A DNA stretch of 32,000 nt, taken from positions 390,001 to 422,000 of the forward strand of contig NZ_CP034549.1 in the NCBI RefSeq assembly GCF_003966335.1, in the 5' to 3' direction. This document shows, piece by piece, positions 1 through 9,887 of the stretch; the stretch's first letter is position 1; every line of letters starts with the position of its first letter. Under the pieces are notes generated by a model that worked only from the letters and a program-made list of their open reading frames with translations, did no database searches and was not told the DNA's origin. Position numbers and translations under genes: made by a program. Source of the stretch: Nonlabens ponticola. Its GTDB lineage: Bacteria > Bacteroidota > Bacteroidia > Flavobacteriales > Flavobacteriaceae.

Positions 1-702
1 TCCTGCGTTGGGTATTGTTTTTAGTTCCGCTTTCGCGAAAGCGTGATCAATCAACATCTTATCGCTATCTAATATGTATCCCGATTCTCCACCGCGTATG
101 AACAAGGTAGGTATATCTATAGGCTCATCATGCTGCTCATGAGTTCCTACATCATGCTGGCTCGCAGCTAGTGTGGGTAAGTTAAAACGCCAGCCATAGG
201 TATTTTTATCGATACGGTGCAGGCTTTTCATCAAGAACATGCGGGTTCCTACATCATTGATACGCTGGGCAAGAATCTTATCTGCATCGCCACGTTTCTT
301 GAGTGTTGTAAAATCTACCGACTGCAACGCATTGATGATATCGCTGTGATGCGGTGCGTATTCTTTGGGAGCAATATCTGCAATGATCAATTTGTCGATA
401 AGTTCTGGATACATGGCGGCACACCGCATGGCGACCTTACCGCCCATGCTGTGTCCTAATAGTACGATGTTTTCCAAGTCATACTCCTTGCAATAATTTG
501 ACACATCTTGTGCCATATCATTATAATCAAAGGTATCGCTATGAAAACTGCGACCATGATTGCGTTGATCGAGCAGGTGCACTTGAAATCCATCCTGTGA
601 CCAGCGAGTTCCTAGCGTTTTCCAGTTGTCTGCCATGCCCAGGAATCCGTGTAATATAACGAAGGGCTTGCCTTCTCCCAATATGATGCTGTGCAGTTTC
701 AT
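1..702 (-). CDS. alpha/beta-fold hydrolase (esterase-like); its 3' end runs off the window
   Basis: It is absent from the ORF track because it has no in-window stop. Reverse translation from the ATG at 702..700 gives [31 protein letters not shown]... The nucleophile elbow GHSMGG lies at 439-456. Its ATG overlaps the pdxJ stop (ATGA at 702..699). Palindrome copy 1 is read here as AFAKA. Confidence 0.8.
   Translation of the reverse strand, partial: MKLHSIILGEGKPFVILHGFLGMADNWKTLGTRWSQDGFQVHLLDQRNHGRSFHSDTFDYNDMAQDVSNYCKEYDLENIVLLGHSMGGKVAMRCAAMYPELIDKLIIADIAPKEYAPHHSDIINALQSVDFTTLKKRGDADKILAQRINDVGTRMFLMKSLHRIDKNTYGWRFNLPTLAASQHDVGTHEQHDEPIDIPTLFIRGGESGYILDSDKMLIDHAFAKAELKTIPNAG
28..43. repeat. 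palindrome copy 1, CGCTTTCGCGAAAGCG
   Basis: Exact 16-bp palindrome, inside the hydrolase CDS and read as AFAKA. Confidence 0.95.
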
Positions 703-1415
703 GAGCTCAATCGTGCCTTATACATATTAACGACGTTCTCCAGACCTAGATATAGACTCTCAGAAATCAATGCGTGCCCTATGCTTACCTCTAGCAAATC
801 CGGTAACTGCTGTGCAAAAAATTTAAGGTTCTCTAGTGAAAGATCGTGACCTGCATTGATGCCTATTCCTAATTCGGTAGCCTTTTTAGCTGCTTTTATA
901 TATGGTGCAATCGCGGCTTCTTTATCCTTATTATAGTGGCTCGCATAATCTTCTGTATATAACTCGATGCGGTCCACGCCTGTTTCTTTGGCGCCTTCAA
1001 CCATCTCTATGACTGAATCAACAAATATGCTGGTGCGTATCCCTTGATTTCTAAAATGAGATACTATCTCTGTCAAAAAATCACGGTGCTTGATCGTATC
1101 CCATCCTGCATTTGATGTGATGGCATCTGGCGCGTCTGGAACTAGGGTAACTTGTGCCGGCTTGACCTCATCGACTAGTTTGATAAAGCTATCAATTGGG
1201 TTTCCTTCAATATTCAGCTCCGTAGTTACAATTCTCTTGAGATCTCGTGCATCTTGATACTTGATGTGACGCTCATCAGGTCGTGGATGGATCGTGATTC
1301 CTTGTGCGCCAAATGATTCTAGATCTACCGCTACCTTGAGCAAATCTGGAACATTACCACCACGAGAGTTGCGCAGTGTTGCTATTTTATTGATGTTGAC
1401 ACTTAAAATGGCCAT
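699..1415 (-). CDS. pdxJ: pyridoxine 5'-phosphate synthase
   Basis: The 238-aa ORF begins [24 protein letters not shown] and contains ..[13 protein letters not shown].. and ..NAGHDL.., which are typical PdxJ TIM-barrel motifs. Confidence 0.95.
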   Translation of the reverse strand: MAILSVNINKIATLRNSRGGNVPDLLKVAVDLESFGAQGITIHPRPDERHIKYQDARDLKRIVTTELNIEGNPIDSFIKLVDEVKPAQVTLVPDAPDAITSNAGWDTIKHRDFLTEIVSHFRNQGIRTSIFVDSVIEMVEGAKETGVDRIELYTEDYASHYNKDKEAAIAPYIKAAKKATELGIGINAGHDLSLENLKFFAQQLPDLLEVSIGHALISESLYLGLENVVNMYKARLSS

Positions 1416-1499
1416 AGTCCTGTTTTAGTCTCAAAAATACAAAGTATGTGCGCCGCAGGATACGCCTAGAAATGTTTAATTTGCAGTAAAACATGCTTC

Positions 1500-2156
1500 A
1501 TGGATTTACAAGAGTATATCATTAACGACGTGACACCGCTTTCTCTAGAAGATGACGTCAAGGTTTCTCAGCGCATTTTCCAGCAACAAACGATCTCTCA
1601 TTTACCTGTCCTCGATAAAGATCAATATGTGGGCTGCGTGTCTGAGACTGATGCGCACTGTTTTGAAGACAATCAAAAGCTGAACGATGTCAAATATGCT
1701 CTGGATCGTTTTTTTGTAAAAGAGGATACCCATTGGCTGGATGTGCTAGAAGCATTTGCCCAACATAATGCCAACTTAATGCCTGTTCTAGATACCAATA
1801 ATAAATATCTAGGCTACTATGAGTTGAAGGATATCATGCAGCATTTTAATGACTCGCCTTTCATGTACGAGAGCGGTGCCGTGATCGTGCTGGAAAAAGG
1901 GTCTACGGACTACAGCTTTAGTGAGATATCGCAGATTGTAGAGACTAATGACAGTAGGGTTTTTGGGATGTTTGTAAGCGGTTACCGCGATCATTTGTCT
2001 GAAATCACCATCAAAATAAGCCCAGCAAATCTCAACGCGGTGATTCAAACCTTCAGGAGATATAGCTATGAAGTGCTTACCGCTGCCGAGGATGACACCT
2101 ATCTAGATGCGCTGAAGAAAAGATCTGACTACCTGGATAAATACCTTAATATATAA
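1500..2156 (+). CDS. CBS domain-containing protein
   Basis: The 218-aa ORF has a CBS-pair-like N-terminal half (ISHLPVLDKDQYVGCVSETD, NLMPVLDTNNKYLGYYELKDI). Its stop overlaps the nadK start (TAATG). Confidence 0.75.
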   Translation: MDLQEYIINDVTPLSLEDDVKVSQRIFQQQTISHLPVLDKDQYVGCVSETDAHCFEDNQKLNDVKYALDRFFVKEDTHWLDVLEAFAQHNANLMPVLDTNNKYLGYYELKDIMQHFNDSPFMYESGAVIVLEKGSTDYSFSEISQIVETNDSRVFGMFVSGYRDHLSEITIKISPANLNAVIQTFRRYSYEVLTAAEDDTYLDALKKRSDYLDKYLNI

Positions 2157-3031
2157 TGAAGCATATTGCTGTTTACGGTCAGTACGTTCACAAAGATGCG
2201 CCAGATACAATAAAGGCGATTATTACTGCTTTTATTGATGCTGGTTGCGATGTAAAGGTTGAGAAGGATTTCTATGAATTTATGGACGACATTGATTTGC
2301 CCGGGCAAGTCACGACTTTTGACAGCCTTACCGCTGCCTATGATTTACTTATAAGTATAGGTGGTGATGGTACCATATTAAGAGCCGTATCCTATATAGG
2401 TGATCTAGATGTTCCTATACTAGGTATCAATACGGGAAGATTGGGTTTTTTGGCAACCACTCATGAAGATGGAATACAAAGCATTGTAAAACAAATCATG
2501 AATGGTGATTACCAACTCAATAAGCGCAGCCTGATCACAGCAACCTCATCACATCCAGAAAATCACTTGCCACCAGATAATTTTGCATTGAATGAGGTAA
2601 CGGTAAGCCGTATGAACACCACATCCATGATTCAAATAGAAACGCATCTAGACGGTGAGTTTTTAAACAGTTATTGGGCAGATGGTCTAATCATATCAAC
2701 GCCTACAGGATCCACTGGCTATAGTTTGAGTTGTGGTGGTCCAGTAATATCGCCAACTACCGATGCATTTGTCATCACACCCATCGCGCCACATAATCTC
2801 AATGCACGACCGTTGGTTATTCATGACAATACCGTCATAACAGTTAAGGTAATAGGTAGGGAAAAAGAGTTTCTCACATCGCTCGACAATCGTATCGCAA
2901 GCTATCCTAATGAGACTGAGATTACACTTAAAAAAGCAAATTTCACGATCGATCTCATCCAGCTCAACGACCAGAGTTTTATCAAAACGCTGCGTCACAA
3001 ATTACTTTGGGGCGAGGATAAGCGCAACTAG
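2156..3031 (+). CDS. nadK: NAD+ kinase
   Basis: The 291-aa ORF carries the GGDGT motif (ISIGGDGTILRA), INTGRLGFLA and the STPTGSTGYSLSCGGP signature. Confidence 0.93.
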   Translation: MKHIAVYGQYVHKDAPDTIKAIITAFIDAGCDVKVEKDFYEFMDDIDLPGQVTTFDSLTAAYDLLISIGGDGTILRAVSYIGDLDVPILGINTGRLGFLATTHEDGIQSIVKQIMNGDYQLNKRSLITATSSHPENHLPPDNFALNEVTVSRMNTTSMIQIETHLDGEFLNSYWADGLIISTPTGSTGYSLSCGGPVISPTTDAFVITPIAPHNLNARPLVIHDNTVITVKVIGREKEFLTSLDNRIASYPNETEITLKKANFTIDLIQLNDQSFIKTLRHKLLWGEDKRN

Positions 3032-3133
3032 GCAATAAAAGTCCCAACTACCTGTTTATGAATGTACACAATAGGGCATGAAACCTCATGCTGGCTAAAG
3101 AGAATTGTTATATTTGCACGTTTTAAAATTTCC

Positions 3134-3823
3134 ATGCGTTTATCGCTAGTTATCATCGTTTTTTTCGTTTCCGCTTTCGCGAAAGCGCAAACATTTGAGA
3201 TAGGAATATGGGCTGGTGGCTCTAACATCATAGGCGATGTGGGCAGCACTGCATATATCAATCCTACAGGAACTACGGTAGGTGGTATTTTTAAGTGGAA
3301 TCGCAGTAGCCGCCACAGTTTTAGAGGCACATTGCTCTACTCAAAAATTACCGCAGACGATGCTGATAGTGACGATCGCTCCAGAGAATTGCGTGGGCTT
3401 GAGTTTGACTACAACATGCTCGAGGCATCCATAGGTATAGAATATACCTTCTGGGAATGGAATTTATACAACTATAAAAGACAGTTTGTGCCTTATATGT
3501 ACTCAGGAATAAGCGCTTATCGATATGACCAGCAGCGCCTCAATAATAATGCTGAACTTGAGATCTATTCCAATAGTATAGACGTGGCTCTGCCATTTAT
3601 TTTGGGAGTCAAAGGAACATTAAGCGACCATCTAATTATAGGTGCTGAGATAGGCGCACGATATACCATTACTGATAATCTAGACGGGAGCAATCCAGAA
3701 GGTCGATTTGGAAGCAATCAACCTCAACGATTTGGTAATCTTAATAATAATGACTGGTACGTCTTTAGTGGTGTGACGCTTACCTACACTTTTGGACGTA
3801 AACCTTGCTACTGCAATTTCTAA
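3134..3823 (+). CDS. outer-membrane beta-barrel protein (porin-fold, DUF6089-like)
   Basis: I moved the start to the ATG at 3134, which gives the signal peptide MRLSLVIIVFFVSAFAKAQ. The rest shows alternating aromatic/Gly beta-strand patterns and ends in an aromatic C-terminus (..CYCNF). The position upstream of uppS/bamA is typical for Flavobacteriia. The family name is from memory only. Confidence 0.6.
   Translation: MRLSLVIIVFFVSAFAKAQTFEIGIWAGGSNIIGDVGSTAYINPTGTTVGGIFKWNRSSRHSFRGTLLYSKITADDADSDDRSRELRGLEFDYNMLEASIGIEYTFWEWNLYNYKRQFVPYMYSGISAYRYDQQRLNNNAELEIYSNSIDVALPFILGVKGTLSDHLIIGAEIGARYTITDNLDGSNPEGRFGSNQPQRFGNLNNNDWYVFSGVTLTYTFGRKPCYCNF
3172..3187. repeat. palindrome copy 2, CGCTTTCGCGAAAGCG
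   Basis: Exact 16-mer. It extends to a 26-bp palindrome at 3167-3192 with one mismatched pair. It encodes the signal-peptide end SAFAKAQ. Confidence 0.95.
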
Positions 3824-3827
3824 TTTT

Positions 3828-4562
3828 ATGGTAGAAGAACTACTCGACAATGCCAAATTACCTAAACACGTCGCCATTATCATGGATGGTAACGGTCGTT
3901 GGGCAAAAAAGCAAGGTCTATTAAGAGTACGCGGTCATGAAAAAGGAACCAAGTCAGTACGTCAGACTGTAGAAACCTGTGCAGAATTGGGCGTTGATTT
4001 CCTGACGCTCTATGCCTTTTCCACAGAAAATTGGAAAAGACCCAAACTAGAAGTAGACACCTTGATGAAACTCCTGGTTTCCAGCCTGCGCAAGGAACTA
4101 CCTACTCTTAAAAAGAACAAGATATCATTGCGTGCCGTTGGCTCCTTACATCTGTTGCCTTCGCAAGCCCAAATTGAATTACAAGAAGTCATTGATGAGA
4201 CCGCTGGAGATTCACAAATGATCCTGACGCTTGCACTGAGCTATGGATCCAGAGAGGAATTGACAAATGTGGTTAAACTAATAGCAGACAAAGCCGTCAA
4301 AGGTGACCTAGAGATCAATGACATAACTGAGGACACTATCAATAATCACCTATTTACCAACGACATGCCAGATGTTGACCTACTCATACGCACTAGCGGT
4401 GAGCAGCGCATCAGTAATTTCTTGTTATGGCAAATAGCCTATGCAGAGCTTTATTTTACCGAAGTGCTGTGGCCAGATTTTAGAAAAGAGCATTTGATAA
4501 CTGCCTTCAAAAACTACCAGGATCGTGAGAGACGATTTGGTAAAACCAGTGAACAATTATAA
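3828..4562 (+). CDS. uppS: isoprenyl transferase (undecaprenyl-diphosphate synthase)
   Basis: Motifs HVAIIMDGNGRWA, FSTENWKRP and IRTSGEQRISNFLLWQ are present. I chose the ATG at 3828, which avoids a 32-nt overlap with the upstream gene. Confidence 0.92.
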   Translation: MVEELLDNAKLPKHVAIIMDGNGRWAKKQGLLRVRGHEKGTKSVRQTVETCAELGVDFLTLYAFSTENWKRPKLEVDTLMKLLVSSLRKELPTLKKNKISLRAVGSLHLLPSQAQIELQEVIDETAGDSQMILTLALSYGSREELTNVVKLIADKAVKGDLEINDITEDTINNHLFTNDMPDVDLLIRTSGEQRISNFLLWQIAYAELYFTEVLWPDFRKEHLITAFKNYQDRERRFGKTSEQL

Positions 4563-4565
4563 CCG

Positions 4566-7142
4566 ATGACAAAACAGTTTGCAAAGGCTTTACTCGTATT
4601 TAGCATACTCATATACAGCATAAGCAGCAACGCACAGCGCGTAGGTGACATTCCTATAGGCGATGCCACCAGATATAAAATAGGCGAGATAACCGTTACT
4701 GGTGCCAAAAACTATAACGAGAACACCGTTGTAGCCTTCACAGGCTTGCGCAAGGGCGATGAGATATTTGTACCAGGAGAACGTTTGAGTAGTGTGGTCA
4801 AAAAATTATGGGATCTCAAACTCTTTAGCGACATACGTGTTTTTGCGACCGGTATCACTGGCAATCCTAATGATGATATCATCGATACCATCGATTTAGA
4901 AATCAATATCGTCGAGGTCCCAACCCTAGCTGAGGTAAAAATAGAAGGTCTTAAGAAAGGTCGTGCTCGCGATTTATTGAAAGAATTGAATCTTGCTAAA
5001 GGTGCTAAAGCCAATGAAAATCTAGTTACCAACACTAGAAACTTCATTGAAAATAAATACAAGGATAAAGGCTTCTTATATGCAGATGCTCTGGTAAGAA
5101 TACGTGAGAACGAGGATTCTACAGGTCAGACTACGGTTGACATGCGCATTGATATTGATAAGGGCAAAAAAGTCAAGATAGCCGAAATCAACTTTGAAGG
5201 TAATGAGCAGCTAAGCGATAAAAAGCTACGCGGTGCCATGAAGAATACCAAACAGAAAAACTTCTTCCGTGTTTTGAAAAGATCAAAGTATGTTGAGGAC
5301 GACTATCAGGCAGATCTTAAATCTGTGGTTGATAAATATAAGGAGAATGGTTTCCGTGATGCGCGTATTGTATCTGATACACTCAAGAAAATTGATGAGA
5401 AAACGATCGCTCTCAATATTAAAGTAGAAGAAGGTGAGCGCTACTATTTTGGTGACATCAATTTTATAGGTAATAAGGCGTATACTGATGAAACACTACA
5501 GCGCATCTTGAAAGTTGAAAAGGGTGATGTTTACAACGGTGTAGCATTTGACCAGCAAATTTCTGACCCTACTGATCCTGATGCCAACTCGCTAGAAAAT
5601 CTTTATCAAAATAGTGGTTATCTATTCTCGCGCATCAACGCGGTAGAGACTCGTGTACAAAATGACACCATTGATTTTGAAATACGTATTGTAGAAGACA
5701 ACATTGCCTACTTTGATAACGTTTCAGTTACTGGTAACGATCGTACTAATGACCATGTAGTTTATAGAATCTTAAGAACGGAACCTGGTCGTAAGTATTC
5801 AAAGTCAGACATTATTGCCTCTATTCGAGAGATAGGACAGCTAGGATTTTTTGATCCTCAAAATATCAATCCTAAAATCCAGAACCCTTCACAAGAAGAA
5901 GGAACTGTTGATATTGAGTACGAGATTGTAGAAACAGGTGCCAGCCAGATCGAGCTACAAGGTGGTTACGGTGGTGGTGGATTTGTAGGAACCTTAGGAT
6001 TGCGATTCAATAACTTCTCTTTACGCAATATTTTCAATAAAGAAGCATATGATCCAGTACCATTGGGTGATGGACAAAGTTTGGCGATAAGAGCACAAGC
6101 GAGTACCATCTTCCGTACCTATTCATTGAACTTTACTGAGCCGTGGTTAGGTGGCAAGAAACCAGTTTCTCTAAATGTCTCGTTATCACACAGTGAGCAA
6201 TTTAGAGTAGATCCTCGTGACTTTAGACAAGTGGATAGAGATCAACGATTCTTGATTACTGGTGGTACCATAGGTCTAGCAAAACGATTGGAATGGCCAG
6301 ATCCTTACTTCCAGTTTTCTCAAGCAATCTCATTCCAGCATTACAACTTAAAGAATTACACTACTAGGTTATTTAATTTCCCTAATGGTTTTTCTAACAA
6401 CCTAGCCTACACTGTCGGCTTGAGTAGAAATAATGTAGGTGTCAATAGAATATTTCCTACTTATGGTTCTTCATTCTCACTTACCGCCAAGATGACGCTA
6501 CCCTACTCTGTATGGAATGGCGTGGACTATGAGAACCTAGAAGATAATCCGGCATTTCAAACTAATGGTATGCCAGACGAGGCCAAAATCGACCAAGAGC
6601 GATTCCGTTTTCTAGAGTACTACAAGATCAAGTTTGATGGAGAATGGTACACAGAGCTAGCAAACAAGCTAGTACTGCAAACCAAAACTGAATTTGGTTT
6701 CCTAGGAGCCTACAACAACGATCGCGGTCTAGTACCATTTGAGCGTTTCTTTGTAGGTGGTGATGGACTAGGCGCTTTCTCACTAGATGGTCGTGATATT
6801 ATACGCATGCGTGGTTATGACAACAGCTCTCTTACTAACAGTGATGATGGTGATACCGTTTACAATAAATTCTCACTAGAAGCACGTTACCCAATCACGC
6901 TAGATCAGGCAGCATCCATTTATGTTCTTACATTTGCAGAAGCCGCAGGATCCTATGCAACATTTAGGGACTATAATCCGTTTGAGGTGCAACGATCCGC
7001 AGGAGCAGGTTTGAGAGTATTCATGCCAGCCTTTGGTTTGCTAGGTATTGACTTTGGTTATGGATTTGATCCAGTGCCTACATCACTTAGCCCAGATCCT
7101 AGCGGTTGGAATGTTCACTTTATAATCGGGCAGCAGTTTTAA
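4566..7142 (+). CDS. bamA: outer membrane protein assembly factor BamA (Omp85 family)
   Basis: The 858-aa ORF has a signal peptide, repeated POTRA-like modules, a C-terminal beta-barrel and a terminal ..HFIIGQQF. Confidence 0.95.
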   Translation: MTKQFAKALLVFSILIYSISSNAQRVGDIPIGDATRYKIGEITVTGAKNYNENTVVAFTGLRKGDEIFVPGERLSSVVKKLWDLKLFSDIRVFATGITGNPNDDIIDTIDLEINIVEVPTLAEVKIEGLKKGRARDLLKELNLAKGAKANENLVTNTRNFIENKYKDKGFLYADALVRIRENEDSTGQTTVDMRIDIDKGKKVKIAEINFEGNEQLSDKKLRGAMKNTKQKNFFRVLKRSKYVEDDYQADLKSVVDKYKENGFRDARIVSDTLKKIDEKTIALNIKVEEGERYYFGDINFIGNKAYTDETLQRILKVEKGDVYNGVAFDQQISDPTDPDANSLENLYQNSGYLFSRINAVETRVQNDTIDFEIRIVEDNIAYFDNVSVTGNDRTNDHVVYRILRTEPGRKYSKSDIIASIREIGQLGFFDPQNINPKIQNPSQEEGTVDIEYEIVETGASQIELQGGYGGGGFVGTLGLRFNNFSLRNIFNKEAYDPVPLGDGQSLAIRAQASTIFRTYSLNFTEPWLGGKKPVSLNVSLSHSEQFRVDPRDFRQVDRDQRFLITGGTIGLAKRLEWPDPYFQFSQAISFQHYNLKNYTTRLFNFPNGFSNNLAYTVGLSRNNVGVNRIFPTYGSSFSLTAKMTLPYSVWNGVDYENLEDNPAFQTNGMPDEAKIDQERFRFLEYYKIKFDGEWYTELANKLVLQTKTEFGFLGAYNNDRGLVPFERFFVGGDGLGAFSLDGRDIIRMRGYDNSSLTNSDDGDTVYNKFSLEARYPITLDQAASIYVLTFAEAAGSYATFRDYNPFEVQRSAGAGLRVFMPAFGLLGIDFGYGFDPVPTSLSPDPSGWNVHFIIGQQF

Positions 7143-7176
7143 ACTGGCACGATTATTTCAATAAAGCACTTAGATT

Positions 7177-8352
7177 ATGAAATGCAACATCATTGTCTTA
7201 TTGATAGTAGTTCTGGTTGGTTCCGCTTTCGCGAAAGCGCAACGAGGCATACGCGTGGGTTACGTTGATATGGAGTACATCCTAGAGAACGTACCCGAGT
7301 ACCAGAAGGCATCCACTCAATTAGAGAACAAGATGCAGGTCTGGAAACAGGAAATCGAGAAGATGGAGGCAGAGATCGACCAGATGGAAACCTCTCTCAA
7401 GAACGAGCGAGTACTTCTTACCAAGGAACTGATAGAAGAACGCGAGGAAGAAATCGAGATCAAGCGTCAGGACATGAGAGATTATCAGGTCAAGCGTTTT
7501 GGGACAGATGGTGATTTCATCAAGCAAAAACAACAGCTTATACAGCCCGTACAAGATCAGGTATTCAATGAGATGCAAAAAATAGGTCAAGGCAAGAAGT
7601 ATGACATGATTGTTGACAGATCAGAAACAACATTGCTTTACAGTGCAGACCGTCACGATTTAAGTGACGATGTACTTAAAGCCATAGGTCGCACTACAAA
7701 ACTTGAAGTCAACGCTGCAAAGCGCAAGAGCCGCAACCGCGGCAATGATGAGGACTCAGATCTAGTCTCAGAGCAACCGTACAAGAGCGTACAAGAAGCC
7801 GCAGATGATGCCGCAATTGAGCAGGAAAAGCAAGAAATAAGAGACGAGCGACAAGCCACTCGCGAGGAAAAAACAAGAAAGCGTGACAGCATCAAAGCCG
7901 CTAGGAAAAGAGAGTATCAAGAACGCAGACAGCGCCTACTTGATGCCCGACAGAGAAAAAAAGATAGTATCAAGGCAGTAAGAGCAGGCAAAGTGTTTGT
8001 TCCTAAAGTTGAAGAAAATGTAGAAAACACCGCTGCAGAAGAAAAGAAACCGTCTACAGAATCTGGTGTGAAGCCTAAAGTAACAAACCCTACCGTAACC
8101 ACTCCAGCTGCTGCACTGCCGCCAACACCAGAAACAAAAAAACCTGCGGCTGCTAATAAACCGACTAGAGAAGAACTTATCAAGAAACGTGACAGCATTA
8201 AAGCTGCTAAGATTAAGGAGGTAAAAGAAAGACGTGAACGTATTCTAGAGGAACGTAAACGTAAAAGAGACAGCATTCTTAATGCCAGAAAAAAAGCAAA
8301 AGAAAACAAAGAATCTGAAAGTAAAAAAGGAACGCCACCAGGCGGCAATTAA
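7177..8352 (+). CDS. OmpH/Skp-family periplasmic chaperone with a long charged, repeat-containing C-terminal tail
   Basis: It has a signal peptide (MKCNIIVLLIVVLVGSAFAKAQ) and an OmpH-like coiled-coil core (YVDMEYILENVPEYQKA...). These are followed by a ~190-aa K/R/E/P-rich tail carrying RKRDSIKAA-type repeats. Confidence 0.75.
   Translation: MKCNIIVLLIVVLVGSAFAKAQRGIRVGYVDMEYILENVPEYQKASTQLENKMQVWKQEIEKMEAEIDQMETSLKNERVLLTKELIEEREEEIEIKRQDMRDYQVKRFGTDGDFIKQKQQLIQPVQDQVFNEMQKIGQGKKYDMIVDRSETTLLYSADRHDLSDDVLKAIGRTTKLEVNAAKRKSRNRGNDEDSDLVSEQPYKSVQEAADDAAIEQEKQEIRDERQATREEKTRKRDSIKAARKREYQERRQRLLDARQRKKDSIKAVRAGKVFVPKVEENVENTAAEEKKPSTESGVKPKVTNPTVTTPAAALPPTPETKKPAAANKPTREELIKKRDSIKAAKIKEVKERRERILEERKRKRDSILNARKKAKENKESESKKGTPPGGN
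7224..7239. repeat. palindrome copy 3, CGCTTTCGCGAAAGCG
   Basis: Exact 16-mer. It encodes the signal-peptide end SAFAKAQ of the long OmpH paralogue. Confidence 0.95.
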
Positions 8353-8414
8353 CTAGCAGATTGCGGTATATTTGCCACCCGATTTACAAGTACTTTTATT
8401 AATAAAAATCGATA

Positions 8415-8933
8415 ATGAAACAAGTAAAGAACATTTTAGTAGTTGCAGCATTCCTTGTAATGGGTGCAAATCTTGCAACAGCACAAACGGCATCAAGTAA
8501 AGTTTGTCATATAGCATCTCAAGAATTAGTTGAGGAACTACCTAAGGCAAAAGCTGCTGAAAAGCAATTGAGAAATCTTGCAAAAGCCTATGAAGCTGAT
8601 CTAGTAAAAATGGATCGTGAGCTCAAGGTGAAAGCTCAAGAAGCGCAACAAAACGCACCTAATAGATCTGATGAAGAAAATGAGCGCAAGTATCAAGAAA
8701 TACAGCAAGACCGTAAGACTCTTGAAGATTTTTATTCTAAGTCTCAAGAATCTCTAGCACAAAAAAGAACTGACCTATTGAAGCCTCTTTATGAAGAGGT
8801 GCGTCAAGCAATCTTTAAAGTAGCAAGAGCCAAAGGTTTTGATTACGTTCTAGATTCAACTACAGGAACAGGCGTTATCATGGCAGATGGTTACGACCTC
8901 ATGCCTGATGTAAAAGCTGCGTTGGGTATTTAA
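8415..8933 (+). CDS. OmpH/Skp-family periplasmic chaperone
   Basis: The 172-aa ORF has a signal peptide ending ..ATAQ and a coiled-coil OmpH architecture. It lies directly downstream of bamA and the first ompH copy. Confidence 0.85.
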   Translation: MKQVKNILVVAAFLVMGANLATAQTASSKVCHIASQELVEELPKAKAAEKQLRNLAKAYEADLVKMDRELKVKAQEAQQNAPNRSDEENERKYQEIQQDRKTLEDFYSKSQESLAQKRTDLLKPLYEEVRQAIFKVARAKGFDYVLDSTTGTGVIMADGYDLMPDVKAALGI

Positions 8934-8952
8934 TCCATCCAATAAATTATAG

Positions 8953-8978
8953 AAACCGCCTCAACTGGCGGTTTTTTT
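8953..8978 (+). terminator. intrinsic terminator after the bamA-ompH-ompH unit
   Basis: The stem AAACCGCC pairs with GGCGGTTT around the loop TCAACT, and a T-run follows. Confidence 0.7.
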
Positions 8979-9025
8979 ATGCTCAAATTTTAAATTACTA
9001 CAATCTTTATAGCAACTTTGTCGAC

Positions 9026-9811
9026 ATGAATGCAAGGCCTATTGGTTTTTTTGATAGCGGCGTTGGTGGCACCAGCGTGTGGAAAGAGGTCGTCGATTTA
9101 CTGCCGCATGAGAACACTATTTATCTAGCAGATTCTGCTAATGCGCCCTTTGGTCGCAGGACCAAAAAGCAAATCATTGATCTGTGCGTCAAGAATACCG
9201 AGTTTCTACTGAAGCAGGACTGTAAACTTATAGCGGTGCCTTGTAATACTGCGACTACCAATGCCATAGGATATTTAAGAAGTAACTATGATGTGCCATT
9301 TATTGGTATAGAACCGGCTATCAAGCCTGCAGCGTTGCAATCAGATACTAAAAAAGTGGGCATTCTAGCAACTAAAGGCACGCTGTCTAGTGAATTATTC
9401 ATAAGCACACACAAGCAATTTACTAAGGACGTCAACACCATTGAGATAGTAGGTACAGGCATCGTCGAGCTTATCGAGGCAGGTAAAACGGATAGCCAGG
9501 AAATGCGAGATCTGCTGATTGAAATCACCGAGCCTTTTATGATTTCAGGTATTGATTATCTGGTTTTAGGGTGCAGCCATTACCCGTATATCAAGGATCA
9601 ATTACAGGAATTATTACCTAATCGCGTGCGCATCATTGACTCTGGCGCGGCGGTGGCCCGTCAAACCTTATCGGTGCTCAAATCCCAGGATTTACTTAAT
9701 CCCAATGACGTGCCTGGCAAACATTCATTGTACAGCAATATGGATGCCACCGTCTTGAAATCATTTGTAGGTGACGTATCTAATACTACGATCAAGTTCC
9801 TAGAATTTTAG
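9026..9811 (+). CDS. murI: glutamate racemase
   Basis: Motifs FFDSGVGG, VPCNTATT and LGCSHYPY are present; the last two are the catalytic Cys motifs. Confidence 0.93.
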   Translation: MNARPIGFFDSGVGGTSVWKEVVDLLPHENTIYLADSANAPFGRRTKKQIIDLCVKNTEFLLKQDCKLIAVPCNTATTNAIGYLRSNYDVPFIGIEPAIKPAALQSDTKKVGILATKGTLSSELFISTHKQFTKDVNTIEIVGTGIVELIEAGKTDSQEMRDLLIEITEPFMISGIDYLVLGCSHYPYIKDQLQELLPNRVRIIDSGAAVARQTLSVLKSQDLLNPNDVPGKHSLYSNMDATVLKSFVGDVSNTTIKFLEF

Positions 9812-9887
9812 TCTATATGACGGCATCTTAATGAAGGCATAAATCATTGAGATTTGTATTTTTATAAATTACACTTATACCCAACAT

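Noticed and set aside
7872-7892. Palindrome half-sites such as GAAAGCGTGAC (about 7877-7890), CGCGAAAGG (about 18350-18358) and TCGCGAAG (about 25321-25328).
   Set aside because: They match only one arm (7-10 nt) and are expected at appreciable frequency by chance, so they are not counted among the 11 copies.
7321-8348. Minus-strand ORFs 7321-7590, 7653-7895 and 7917-8348 (89-143 aa).
   Set aside because: They are antisense mirror ORFs of the low-complexity K/R/E-rich OmpH gene. They have Ser/Leu-rich composition and no motifs, and they are fully embedded in a well-supported gene.
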